Shown here: piece after piece, positions 51,259 through 62,496 of the stretch
Layout: every line of letters starts with the position of its first letter
Numbering within the stretch: position 1 is the stretch's first letter
Source: Antedon mediterranea
Taxonomy: Eukaryota; Animalia; Echinodermata
Direction: 5' to 3'
Assembly: GCF_964355755.1 (NCBI RefSeq)
Contig: NC_092677.1
Location: 28,011,175 to 28,075,174, forward strand
DNA: 64,000 bases
Position numbers and translations under genes: made by a program
The notes under the pieces: generated by a model
What the model was told of the DNA's origin: nothing
Database searches by the model: none
What the model saw: the letters and a program-made list of their open reading frames with translations, nothing else

Positions 51259-54200
51259 TTAGAACCAAACAAAAACATCTCCATACACTGGATTGAATTT
51301 TGGTAAAAATTATCTTTTATGACAGAAACCATCAACACATCATCAAAATACAGTATCTTGAGAAATTTTCATTTCATGTTTTTTTTTCTGACATAAATAA
51401 AGCATCACCAAAAAAAAAAAAAACAGTACAGATGTGCAAGGTAAATGCACTTAATGAATATACCAGCAGCATTCGTATTATTTAAGTACAGTGTTTCCGA
51501 TCTTAACCATAAGCTGTTATTATATATTTATATTCAAACAGCAGGGAATCGGTCTGCAACAGTAATTATTCATAAAACAGAAGGTCACATACAGTGCTAC
51601 TACTTTAATATATTCTGAAGCGATCAAACTTAATCACCACACAAAGTCTTCTCTGTAATACACTGTACAGTAGTAGGCTACAGAAATGGTATTATTATTG
51701 ATGATACATTATAATATTGTACTGTACTGTCTACTACTGTATACAATACTGTACAGTACATTTACAGTTTAAATACTGTATACTGTACACAGAGATATAG
51801 AATCTTTCATTGCCTTTTCAATGCAAAAAAAACAAATAATACTGTAGTTCATTAATTTATTTGTAAATTTAATATACTGTAAATATCAACTTCATAAAAA
51901 ATAAAACAAACTGGTGAAAATATTATTTTTTTGTTTCAATTTGTTGTTTTTCATGAATTATGTAGGTTTACAAGTTTATATAGACGTCTGTGGTTTACTA
52001 CCAGTATATTAATTATGTAAGATTGTAAACTTGATAGCATGTGGTATAATTAAGTCCATACTCAAAGTCCAGACATTGAAAACTAAGCAAAAACCTGTAA
52101 CAATTTAAAGCCAGCTGGATAACAAAATACACTAATAGTAATAATCATGAAAAAACTGCCTAGTGGTGTAAAATAGCAAACCGCAAAAGTAATTTATACA
52201 TAAAAAATGCTGTCTAACATTATACACATGTACTGTACTTGGTTGCATGCTAAAACCAACTGCTGGGTACGATACAGATACTGTAATTATAATGTTGCTT
52301 CATTGTTTATTTCTTATTCATAATTCCTTGTGAATACCTCTTCTATGAAAATTAAAATGACACTGAAAGGTAGTTCAATTGTATCATTAAAAGTAACGAG
52401 TTTTATTTTGTTTAAACTCAAGGCAATATGTAAGTCTGAAACAAATTTTAAAACATACAGTAATAACTAATACATTCTACACTGGTGAGTATTATTAACT
52501 GTTATGTTTTCTGACAGTGTTCAAATGAATTCAGAAAAGATATTATACGAATAATACACGAGTAATGCTTTATTTGCTATGAAAGGCAGATTCATTAAGA
52601 TATTCTCCCAAGGGAATTGAATCTCTGTACAAAACAGATCTTCAATTTGATGAAATTTGTATGCATAATTTACCCAAGGAAAATGGAGTTAATATACAGT
52701 ACTCTGTCTTTCAAGTCAAGTAGTAAATTATTATTTTTTAATAAACAACTGTATTTATGTGTGAGTAAGGTTTACATAAATATAGTTTGTAGTTGACAAA
52801 ATGATGTTCATAAATTTAATGCAATGAATTTCAATGCGGAACAGATGCTTTGTATTGAATGTTGATGGAGGAAATTTGAATATTATCAAGGTAATATTTA
52901 AGAAGTGGAAACTAACGATCACTAGGAATTTGTAATAAAAGTCATCTCTATCCATTAAAAATCACTTTGTTGCTATGATATTAATGGAATTCATTTCCCT
53001 TTTATATCGACGTTTTAGAAAATTAACTAAATAAAGAAAACGAAATGCTGTTTTATTTTAAATTTGACAAGGTTTAATATTTTGTAATAAAGATCTTCCT
53101 GCCAGTGACTGTAAGATTGACATAAAGTCAATTATTTTAAGATCAGAACTTACCAAGCCAATAAAGTATTAGTAAGTACAGTAAAAACATGTTTTTAGAG
53201 AAAAGTCTGTCTACTGTATAAACACAGAGTCAACACCTCCAATACAGGAGTTCTCTGGTAATTCTAATGTGTTTGTTATTGGATGGTAACAAACAGAATT
53301 TGGGACATTTTGGATCTCATGAAAACTCTGGTTTTAGGAAACTTTATGGTTTTTAGAGTGGCATTTGGAAAGTCGATTGTACAAGGATTATTTGGTTAAC
53401 CACAAACACACAGTTTTACTACCTGTTCAAGTGCAAATCCTTAACATAACATGCAAGATTTTGTAAATGTTTCGGATTAAATGCATAGGCCTAATTCACA
53501 CTTTTCAACAAACTATCAATATCTAGAAATCATAGACACACAAGAATTTGGTGGAAAAGTTTGAGCGTGAATGATAAAGCATTGTATTCACTTCCTGCAG
53601 AGTTTAATGAAGTGTGAATGTACCATTGTGATGTGCTGTATAACTAGAAGCAACAAAGGGTTTCACAGGTTGAATTTAGCAGGTCATGATAACAAGCATT
53701 AACAACCGATTGTTATACTATACAGTACCAGTTATACCATGGACTGAGCAATGGTTATACTAATAGGTCCATGGTTATACTATACTAGAATACATTTTAC
53801 TGTGTTTAAGAATCATTAAAAGGGTCATGATATGGGCAAAATTCATGGGAAAGATATTCCTTACAAGTACACATCTTCTCTCTACCCCAAGCACCCCTTT
53901 AAAGTACTGTACTGTATGTTTAATTTGATCTCTACTCTTAAGTTTGTCCAGACAAATGATTTGACCAACTTTTGCCTTTAAGGAAGGTAGACAAATGTTA
54001 GTACTGTACATTCATTATTGACTTTACTGTAATTTTTAAATAAGATTTTTTAATTAAATCATCCTATAAGTTTTACTATAACATCGCAATACCATGAAAG
54101 GCCCAGTAGTCAATGGTAAGGACATGCATGGATATCAAGCAGAAGGTTCCGATCTCACAGATTTCCTCATCTCTTAAAATTAATTAACTAATATATTTCA

Positions 54201-54262
54201 GTATATCATCAGGGGGGTTTAGAATTTCTTGTACAATAAGCCTGTAAATAGTAACAACATAC

Positions 54263-54336
54263 CTCTAGCGTTAGTTGCAGAATCTGCAATCTTCTGGAAT
54301 GATTCAAGCCAAGCTGACATGGCTATAATGGTCGCT
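54263..54336 (-). CDS. MTSS1: MTSS-like exon 3 (I-BAR)
   Basis: ATIIAMSAWLESFQKIADSATNAR resembles TTVVAAAAFLDAFQKVADMATNTR; gtag/gtatg sites. Confidence 0.94.
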
Positions 54337-54540
54337 CTACAAAAAACAAACAAACAGTTTATAATCAAACCTAAAATCAATATCAATTTTGTTAGCTACT
54401 GTATACTTATTTTTTCAAAGATTAGTTTTTTCAATCTCATGAAATAGCAAAACAGTTTTTATTATAGTTTTGAGGTTTTCTTGTGATGTTCTAAACCACT
54501 GGGCTATGAAAATCTGTCAGTAAAACAATTTGCAGTAAGT

Positions 54541-55412
54541 CAAGTCAAGTCAAGTCAAGTCAAGTATCATTTATTATCATTTGTTTTAGGAAAAACATAG
54601 AAATTCTGTTTGCTCTGTTGGCGGAGCACAATATCCAACGGACACAACACGAACTCAAAAACAAAAACATTACAAAAAAAAGTGTCTACATCATATTTAA
54701 GGCTCTAATAGATCCTGGAAAGAAACTATTTGTAAATCGTGCCTTATTGGCCTTAATAGAACGAAATCGCCGACCGCTGCGCATCAACTGGAACATACTA
54801 GAGGCCGGATGAAATTGATCATCTTTGATAGCCACTGCCTTTTTCAGAAGACGATCCGAAAATATGTTCTCCAAAGGCAGTTGTGCAGATCCAATTATAC
54901 GCGATGCGGTCTTGACTATTCTATTTAGGTCACGCTTTTCATTTTCGGTAGCGCTACCGAACCATACCGTTAAAGAATACGTTATTACACTCTCTATAAC
55001 TGACCTATAGAAGGACGACATTATTTCAGAGTTTATACCAAATGATTTAAGTCTACGTAGGAAGTAGATTCTTCTTTGGGCCTTTCTAATAATGTTACGT
55101 GTGTTAATATGCCACTTCAGATCATTTGAAATATAAATACCCAAGAATTTAAATTCTTCTACAAACTCAACTGATATACCATTAATAAATATTGGATATT
55201 TGACATTAAGTGATTTACGGAAGTCTACAACCATTTCTTTAGTCTTAGATACATTCAAGAACAGATTGTTTTCGTTACACCAGTCTACAACTCGTTTAAC
55301 TTGGTTGCGATAATTAGACTCATCACTGTCATCATTGATTAGACCTACAATGGTAGTATCATCCGCAAATTTAGCGATATGACAGTTACTGTAGTAGGTA
55401 ACACAGTCATAG
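54541..55412 (-). mobile_element. 5'-truncated Rex1/Babar-type LINE (RT C-terminus, DUF1891-like region)
   Basis: Open frame YDC...KFADDTTIVGLI...WCNENNLFLNVSKTKEMVVDFRK...FYRSVIESVITYSLTVWFG...HPASSMFQLMRSGRR...NSFFP to the stop at 54686. AATAAA, (CTTGA)5 tail and apparent GTAAGT TSD (54535-54540 / 55413-55418). Confidence 0.9.
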
Positions 55413-56032
55413 GTAAGTTGTAATGGTCAAGGTGGATTAAGAATAAAACCAATGACATACAACCATTTCTATTTTATCTCTAAAATCAAAGGTGATCAAC
55501 TAATTAGGTTACTGTAAAAAGCATTGTATGTCAAGTTTGGTTAATAGTGTTAAACTTGTTCCAGTTGAGATAGTGTGAGTGCTTGAGTTGAGAACAGAAA
55601 GTTTGTGTCAAAATCCATTGACCTTCACTTAGGTCAAGTCTAATGGTCATCCTACCTTTTGTTGTCAAGTTAAAATTCTGATTACAAGAAGAATGTAAAT
55701 AATTTGACTATTGTTCAGAAGATTTGTTAAAAAATTGCTCACAAATAGTTTCCAATGAAAAGATATTACTACAGTATATCTTATGTACCTTGCCAATGAA
55801 AAGTTCACCATAATTAGCATGTACTGTACAGTATTTGCATCATGTGTAAAATAAGTACAGACTCTGCACTTTTTTCCATTAAATGTTGTAGTTGTTTGAC
55901 TGCGCCATAGTTTGTGAGGCGAGTGCCATCATTCCAAAGGTGAAGCGCCTCAAACAAATAAACATGGATTGGGTGCAATAAAAAGAAAAAAAAAATGTTT
56001 TCGTTTTACAAATTGTATTATAAATGTCTTAC

Positions 56033-56094
56033 TTATATTGTGTGTGTAACTTAGCAGTTTTGCTGATAAAATCCTCCCATAACGGCGTACCATT
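56033..56094 (-). CDS. MTSS1: MTSS-like exon 2
   Basis: NGTPLWEDFISKTAKLHTQYK resembles GSYPVWEDFINKAGKLQSQLR. Confidence 0.94.
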
Positions 56095-56632
56095 CTATAG
56101 AAGAAAAAAGTAGGTAAATGTTATTGATGTGCTGTACACAGTTTACTGTAATTAAATTAATAAGTAGGCACTTAATATCTTGGTTTTTTCCTCTGCAAAA
56201 AAAAATACAAATTAAAAAAGTTATATTTTTAATATAAATTTATTATAAATTAAAATCTTGTCCAATAATTTCTGTAAAAGTAGACATCATACACGCTGTG
56301 ATTGTTTCTCATGATCTAGGCTACTACAGACAGTTAATAGTAGTAGGCGTATATTTATAGAAGACTGTATCGACATTGTATGTATCGTACGGTAGAGCAC
56401 TAGTGGCACTACTGCAGAGCAGTGCTAGAGTAGGCCTAACTAAAATTAGCTAGGTAGGTACTAAACTGTAGGCCCATTCAATTCATATTTTTTATTAGAT
56501 TTTTTTTTTATTTGGCATAGCCTAGGCCTAGGACCTAGCCTAGGCCTAGGCTATAGGCCTACCAATTAATTTACACAATCATTATCATTTAATATATTAA
56601 TTTTAATATTTAATAAGTTTAAACTACACTAC

Positions 56633-56704
56633 CTTCATATCATTTATAATGGCTTGAAATAAGCCACCTAAAGCACTGCAATCTCTTTCAATTGTAGCCT
56701 CCAT
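56633..56704 (-). CDS. MTSS1: MTSS-like exon 1 (start)
   Basis: MEATIERDCSALGGLFQAIINDMK resembles MTSS1 MEAVIEKECSALGGLFQTIISDMK; gtagt donor. Confidence 0.96.
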
Positions 56705-56759
56705 TGTTTTATAATTATCAGTAGGCCTAGAGTTTATAAACACAGGTTAGTTTAGACGG

Positions 56760-57135
56760 TATAGACTGCCTTCAGCAGCCGAGCGTGCGAAGAGTCTCCG
56801 CTGCTGTGTGCGGCAGGCCGAAATGAAAACACAAAGTTATCTCGTATAAAACCGTTCAAAAACAAAGTATAAAACGGCGTTCATAACCCTATAATATATC
56901 CAAAATTAATGTCATCGTAAATATATAATCCACAAAAACAACCAATGTAGTAATGTCCAAAAGTAAATGATATAATTCACACCTTCCTCTCTACAACAAC
57001 ATTAGTCGTCTGCTAGCTTCGCGCGGACACACAAAAAGTGTTCACATTGTATTTTTACAATTTCAATTCAGTCTTTGTATTTTAGCACCCTGCAGAAAAT
57101 AGTCACGTGGGAAAATACTCTGTTTTCATTGGAGA
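56760..57135 (-). promoter_or_regulatory. Probable MTSS 5' UTR / proximal promoter
   Basis: CpG-richer patch directly upstream of the ATG; E-box GTCACGTG at 57102-57109 and a minus-strand CCAAT at 57128-57132. Based on position only. Confidence 0.35.
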
Positions 57136-57289
57136 GAATCAACTTTTCAGACAGTTAGTGAACCTTATCACTGAACTTCAGTACAGTGAATATTGTTTTA
57201 TTATTATTCTTGAATATAATATTAGATAATTCCGAATCCAGATAACCTGTTAGATACTGTAATGAATTTGAAAAATGCTTTTTGTAACT

Positions 57290-57794
57290 TCGATATTTTA
57301 TGTTTCATCCAGAGTGTTATTCTTAGTGTTGTAACTTTCAACTGTGTTGTTTGGTACAATTATAGTCTTGAGTGCTAATGAAAAAGAAACTTGACCGTAC
57401 TATGAAAACTGCTAGTAAAATAATAGGAAGGAATGTCAATGTTATTGACGCAGTTTACAGGCGCGATGTTATTAGCCAAGTTAAGAAAATAATGGAAGAT
57501 AACTCACACCCATTGAATGATAAATATGTTGTTAATAAATCAGGTAGAATTCGTCCTTTAATGTGCAATACCACTCGATGTAGGAAATCATTTGTCCACA
57601 ACTCTATTCATGTTTCCAACACTACATTCCAAAGATAGTTTGTTTACTTGTTTACTACTGTAATAGTTTTAATGTATTGTATTGATATTCTTAATGTTTT
57701 ATATATTGTATGTGTTTTTAAGCATCCAGGAAAACCAATTTCATGTTTGCCTTGTTGTGTTCATGACAATAAAGATTTATCTTATCTTATCTTA
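57290..57794 (+). mobile_element. Degenerate 3' fragment of a Rex1/Babar-type LINE between VAC14 and MTSS
   Basis: KLDRTMKTASKIIG...IMEDNSHPL...SGRIR..CNTTRCRKSFV resembles the same region at 54686-55000; AATAAA followed by a (TTATC)n tail. Confidence 0.75.
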
Positions 57795-58611
57795 TATACA
57801 AAAGCATGTTCTAAGACTTTTTGTTATTTTGGTAACTCGAATTTTTGTATTTTTGTATAAATTTCTCAAAATAGTCTGGGTTCCACACGGAGTTTTGTCT
57901 TAATATTAGTAAAAAGATAAATATTTTGGCAAATATGGCGTTTCAGACAAAAATCGAAATAAAAACAAATAAATAAAAAAAAAGACAGACTTGGGGCAAG
58001 TCTATTCTCAAAAGAAAGCCTAGCAAAATACAAAATACTGAGAAAATCTTTAATTTAAAATTGAGGGCGGCAAACATAAAATTTACGCGATCGAAAGGAT
58101 GCAGAAAGCCACAGAAGAAAAAAATGCGAGAGCAGAAACCTACAAAAGATAATACAGTCAGTACAGCTAGTACTTTAATATCTCAAAACAGCCTTTTTTA
58201 TAAAATTCTTAGTCTTAGCATGTTATACATGAACAAAATACAGCATAAATTGTCATAATTTTATCAAAATATATTTTTAATTTAACTATTGAAATTATTT
58301 ACTATTTATATTAATAAAGTATTTACAATACTTGTAATGCGTTTGATAACATAAACTAAAAACAGTTTAAAAGGGCATACTTTTTTAATTACTAATTCAT
58401 TATTTTATATGAATATGTATTGTATATATAATTCACTATAAAGCTCAAGTCAATCAAACTGTATGCGACAAAACAAATGTGTGTCCATTTATGGACATGA
58501 TGATGTCATATCACTACCATATTTGGGTATATTACTATTATGGGTCCTGATGGGGTTCTACTGATAAAAAATAAAGAGACAATGCAGTGCAATACTAAAT
58601 GTTTGTTTAGA

Positions 58612-59072
58612 TTTTTATATATGAACTTTGTCAAGATTCTTTCCCCTAGAGTGCTTAGCATTACTGTGTTTTTATATAAGAACTTTGTCAAGATTCTTTC
58701 CCCTAGAGTGCTTAGCATTACTGTGTTTTTATATATGAACTTTGTCAAGATTCTTTCCCCTAGAGTGCTTAGCATTACTGTGTTTTTATATACGAACTTT
58801 GTCAAGATTCTTTCCCCTAGAGTGCTTAGCATTACTGTGTTTTTATATAAGAACTTTGTCAAGATTCTTTCCCCTAGAGTGCTTAGCATTACTGTGTTTT
58901 TATATATGAACTTTGTCAAGATTCTTTCCCCTAGAGTGCTTAGCATTACTGTGTTTTTATATATGAACTTTGTCAAGATTCTTTCCCCTAGAGTGCTTAG
59001 CATTACTGTGTTTTTATATATGAACTTTGTCAAGATTCTTTCCCCTAGAGTGCTTAGCATTACTGTGTTTTT
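58612..59072. repeat. 57-bp tandem array, 8 copies, made of the last 18 VAC14 codons plus stop
   Basis: Units start at 58612, 58669, 58726, 58783, 58840, 58897, 58954 and 59011. On the minus strand each reads KHSNAKHSRGKNLDKV(H/L/R)I*. Confidence 0.95.
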
Positions 59073-59164
59073 CACGAAGGTTTTTGAAATGTTGAAATAG
59101 TTCAACAAAATCAATTGATTTTCTGGAGTCCTCTTCTTTCTTCCCAATTCCTTGTTTAAGATTT
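59014..59164 (-). CDS. VAC14: VAC14 last exon
   Basis: SIDFVELFQHFKNLREKH resembles human SIDYAELLQHFEKVQNKH; ends LDKVHI*. Confidence 0.9.
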
Positions 59165-59504
59165 CTAGAAAAAAGAGAAAAAACAGGAATCTTTAATAAA
59201 TATTGCTTGTTGAGGTCCTCTAACACAATCCTTCTTAACATGTAATTATTCATGCATTTAAAAGCAAGAGAAAAATAATGTTAAAAACAATGTTAGAGTG
59301 CTATAGCAATGTCTGTTTTATGAAACTTTGAATTAACAGAGAGGCAGTTCCAGGATTTTAAACGATACAAACATTTAATTTGATTAGTCAAATGTAGTTC
59401 AGAATTTCATTTTACTCTTAAAAAGGATGGTGGTTGAGGGGTTGTCCCATGTCCTAACCTCCTGGATCCACTCCTGATTAGAAAATATCGTAAAACAAAC
59501 TAAC

Positions 59505-59658
59505 TTAGTTTTAGGTAAAGACTCCCTGCTTGGTATACAATCTAGACGATGCCTTAGCACACTGAATGCTGTGCTCTGTGGAAGCAGCATCAACAAAGCA
59601 TACAAACTCTTCACCAAATACTGGTTATTTTCACCATCTAATAGCTGTAGTCGAAGAT
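59505..59658 (-). CDS. VAC14: VAC14 exon (Fig4-binding region)
   Basis: YLRLQLLD...[30 protein letters not shown], the VAC14 signature. Confidence 0.97.
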
Positions 59659-59815
59659 CTGCAATTAAAAGTAAAAATAGGATTTTATAACCTAAACCAG
59701 ATTACAGGAATTCCACAAATATCAGCCCAATCAAATCTGTGGATTTTTTTTGTGGTTGGGTTTTGTTTGGGGGCTGGTTCAAAATTAGTTATTTTACTCA
59801 AGTTATAGCAAAGTA

Positions 59816-60514
59816 TTTACCAAAGCCTTGTCTAAGTTATATCAAAGGATTTACCAAAGCCTTGTCTAAGTTATATCAAAGGATTTACCAAAGCCTTGTC
59901 TAAGTTATATCAAAGGATTTACCAAAGCCTTGTCTAAGTTATATCAAAGGATTTACCAAAGCCTTGTCTAAGTTATATCAAAGGATTTACCAAAGCCTTG
60001 TCTAAGTTATATCAAAGGATTTACCAAAGCCTTGTCTAAGTTATATCAAAGGATTTACCAAAGCCTTGTCTAAGTTATATCAAAGGATTTACCAAAGCCT
60101 TGTCTAAGTTATATCAAAGGATTTACCAAAGCCTTGTCTAAGTTATATCAAAGGATTTACCAAAGCCTTGTCTAAGTTATATCAAAGGATTTACCAAAGC
60201 CTTGTCTAAGTTATATCAAAGGATTTACCAAAGCCTTGTCTAAGTTATATCAAAGGATTTACCAAAGCCTTGTCTAAGTTATATCAAAGGATTTACCAAA
60301 GCCTTGTCTAAGTTATATCAAAGGATTTACCAAAGCCTTGTCTAAGTTATATCAAAGGATTTACCAAAGCCTTGTCTAAGTTATATCAAAGGATTTACCA
60401 AAGCCTTGTCTAAGTTATATCAAAGGATTTACCAAAGCCTTGTCTAAGTTATATCAAAGGATTTACCAAAGCCTTGTCTAAGTTATATCAAAGGATTTAC
60501 CAAAGCCTTGTCTA
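59816..60514. repeat. 34-bp minisatellite, about 20.5 perfect copies, in a VAC14 intron
   Basis: (TTTACCAAAGCCTTGTCTAAGTTATATCAAAGGA)n with no visible variation. Confidence 0.97.
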
Positions 60515-60647
60515 GATTTATTCAAAGTTGGAGATGAGATTATACTTAAGCATGGGATTATACTTAAGCATGGGATTATACTTGGTTATATAGTTTTTTT
60601 AAACTCATGGTTTTCTATACATTGTTCCTTTGGTCATATAACTCTAA

Positions 60648-60773
60648 AGCTCTGTCTACACTATCAAACTAGTTTGATGTGCCCAAATATGGTAGTGATA
60701 TGACATCATCATTTCTATATATGGGCACATCACATTTTTGTGTCACATAAAGTTTGATAGTGTAGACAGAGCT
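60648..60773. mobile_element. PIF/Harbinger MITE, family B
   Basis: Perfect TIR AGCTCTGTCTACACTATCAAACT / AGTTTGATAGTGTAGACAGAGCT; TAA and TTA flanks. Confidence 0.85.
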
Positions 60774-60801
60774 TTATTCTTTTCAGTTTGTTTCCACTTA
60801 C

Positions 60802-60881
60802 ATGTAAATATAGGAGACTCTAACAATTGAATCAGCTTATCAATTTCAGTTAAGAAGTCTACGGTCACTTCAAGTTCACCA
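60802..60881 (-). CDS. VAC14: VAC14 exon
   Basis: [26 protein letters not shown], the conserved DKLVQLxESPIF motif. Confidence 0.97.
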
Positions 60882-61304
60882 CTGTTGACATGGTTAAGTA
60901 AACAGTACATAGAAATGTAAATTAATGATTAACCTGAAGTCTTTGAAAGTTTAGATAAAAGATAGAGAGTAACTGATTGATGATAGTAAAAGGGTTGAAC
61001 ATCAGGATAACTATGAATCACTAGGCTGAGTATAAGTATGGAAATTACATCTCCTGTTCCTATGGTTTTAAGAGAAGCGAATCATTTTCTTCAAACTCGA
61101 TTGGAGAGGATTCTCCATTAATATAATTGCCTTTTTCGCATATAAAAAGAGAACTAATTATTTTGCTGTTACTACCACTTAAATTTAATTATAGGTATTA
61201 TTTTCTATTATTGTACTTGGGCCAGTGGTCTACATACTATTGAATAAATGGATGAATGAATGAATGAATGAATGAAGACATGAATTTCGTGTGTTAAAGG
61301 ATAC
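60882..61304 (-). other. U12-type (minor spliceosome) GT-AG intron
   Basis: Donor GTATCCTTT; branch-like TACTTAAC ending 11 nt before the exon; no polypyrimidine tract. Confidence 0.9.
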
Positions 61305-61423
61305 AAGTAAAAGATGATATCAGAAGCGTGTTTATAGTTCTGAGTCAGGAAACATAGAGACACTGTAGCCACCGGATTATGACACCAGGTTTTGTACAAA
61401 CAGCTGAACAGTGAACAGATTTC
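61305..61423 (-). CDS. VAC14: VAC14 exon
   Basis: [39 protein letters not shown]. Confidence 0.97.
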
Positions 61424-61636
61424 CTTAAATGAAAACAAAATACATACATAGATGTAGATAGATATATTATTAATAATACTGTCAATTTATTGAAACAGTG
61501 CTCATACAGTATTCATGGAGCTGGCCTATGTTTTGTTAAATACAACGCAAAAGATAGAACACTAAGTTAAGTTTAATGAATTTTAGGCCCTGGACCTTTC
61601 TGTTTCCTAATACAGTATTAGAACACAAGATTCTAA

Positions 61637-61820
61637 AGCTCTGTCTACACATCAAACTTTATGTGACAAAACAATGTGATGTGCTCATATATAGACATGA
61701 TGATGTCATATATGGACATGATGATGTCATATCACAACCATTATTAGGCATATCACCACCATACTTGGCTATAATATCACACTTTTTTGTCAAACTAGTT
61801 TGATAGTGTAGACAAAGATT
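61637..61820. mobile_element. PIF/Harbinger MITE, family B
   Basis: AGCTCTGTCTACAC ... TTTGATAGTGTAGACA with an internal duplication of GACATGATGATGTCATAT. Confidence 0.8.
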
Positions 61821-61899
61821 TAAATACTGTATATCAAACAAAACAATCAAAACCATTCATGTGTTGTTTTGGTCATATAAACTTAAGTAACATACAAAC

Positions 61900-62074
61900 C
61901 TTTGTCTTAAGTTCTTTCAACTGGTTTCTGAGTCCAAATAACTCAGTTGATGTCAGCAATATTGTGTTCAATGTTTGCACCATTTTCGTAGCAAATTTTA
62001 AATCTTCTTTCTCCAACAAAATTTCAGACAATGATCTAAAAACATCTTCCAATTTCAATAATAAACATAATTGC
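61900..62074 (-). CDS. VAC14: VAC14 exon
   Basis: [59 protein letters not shown]. Confidence 0.97.
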
Positions 62075-62305
62075 CTGAAAAAAAAAAATGTGATTTACAG
62101 TTTATTTTATTAATTGAAATCATTATAATGATGGTGCATAATGGCATGTCAAAATACAGTATCTACATAATACACAATGAGTTGGGTGTGGTGGGGGCGG
62201 GGGCACGCTCTACACTGCATTTCTACCAGGGGCATTTCAAACTTTGTTATGAGCTGTTTTATAGCGGTAAGCAACAGTTAAGTCCATATGTTAAGTTTCT
62301 CTTAC

Positions 62306-62496
62306 CTTATTATAAAAAAACCTCTATCCTCCAACAGTTGTGAATCTTTACAGAAGAGATCTAGCAGGCTGATCATAAACTTAGTGAAGTAGATGTTAGT
62401 ACCTGGTATAGGCTTTGGTTGGAACCCTACCTCAGATTGAGGACCATTAGATGATGATACTACCTCAGACAACACTTCTAAGTCAAGCAGTACTAC
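62306..62496 (-). CDS. VAC14: VAC14 exon
   Basis: VVLLDLEVLSEVVSS...NIYFTKFMISLLDLFCKDSQLLEDRGFFIIR. Confidence 0.95.

Larger units (their letters stand above)
8945..56704 (-). other. MTSS1: Gene span: MTSS1/MTSS2 (MIM/ABBA)-like I-BAR and WH2 actin/membrane regulator, 14 coding exons, 878 aa
   Basis: Exons 56633-56704, 56033-56094, 54263-54336, 34532-34616, 33320-33411, 33091-33165, 25678-25835, 24469-24621, 18945-19208, 17492-17744, 15462-15536, 14298-14389, 10148-10322, 8945-9951. All introns GT-AG with consistent phases; total 2637 nt. Probably the single pro-ortholog of vertebrate MTSS1 and MTSS2. Confidence 0.93.

Noticed and set aside
34617-54262. Nested protein-coding gene in the 19.6-kb MTSS intron 3
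   Set aside because: The short ORFs have AT-rich noise composition (F/I/L/Y/K), no motifs and no consistent splice chain.
58506-59147. 213-aa and 186-aa ORFs over the 57-bp array
   Set aside because: Alternative frames of the repeat; the homologous VAC14 frame stops at 59014.
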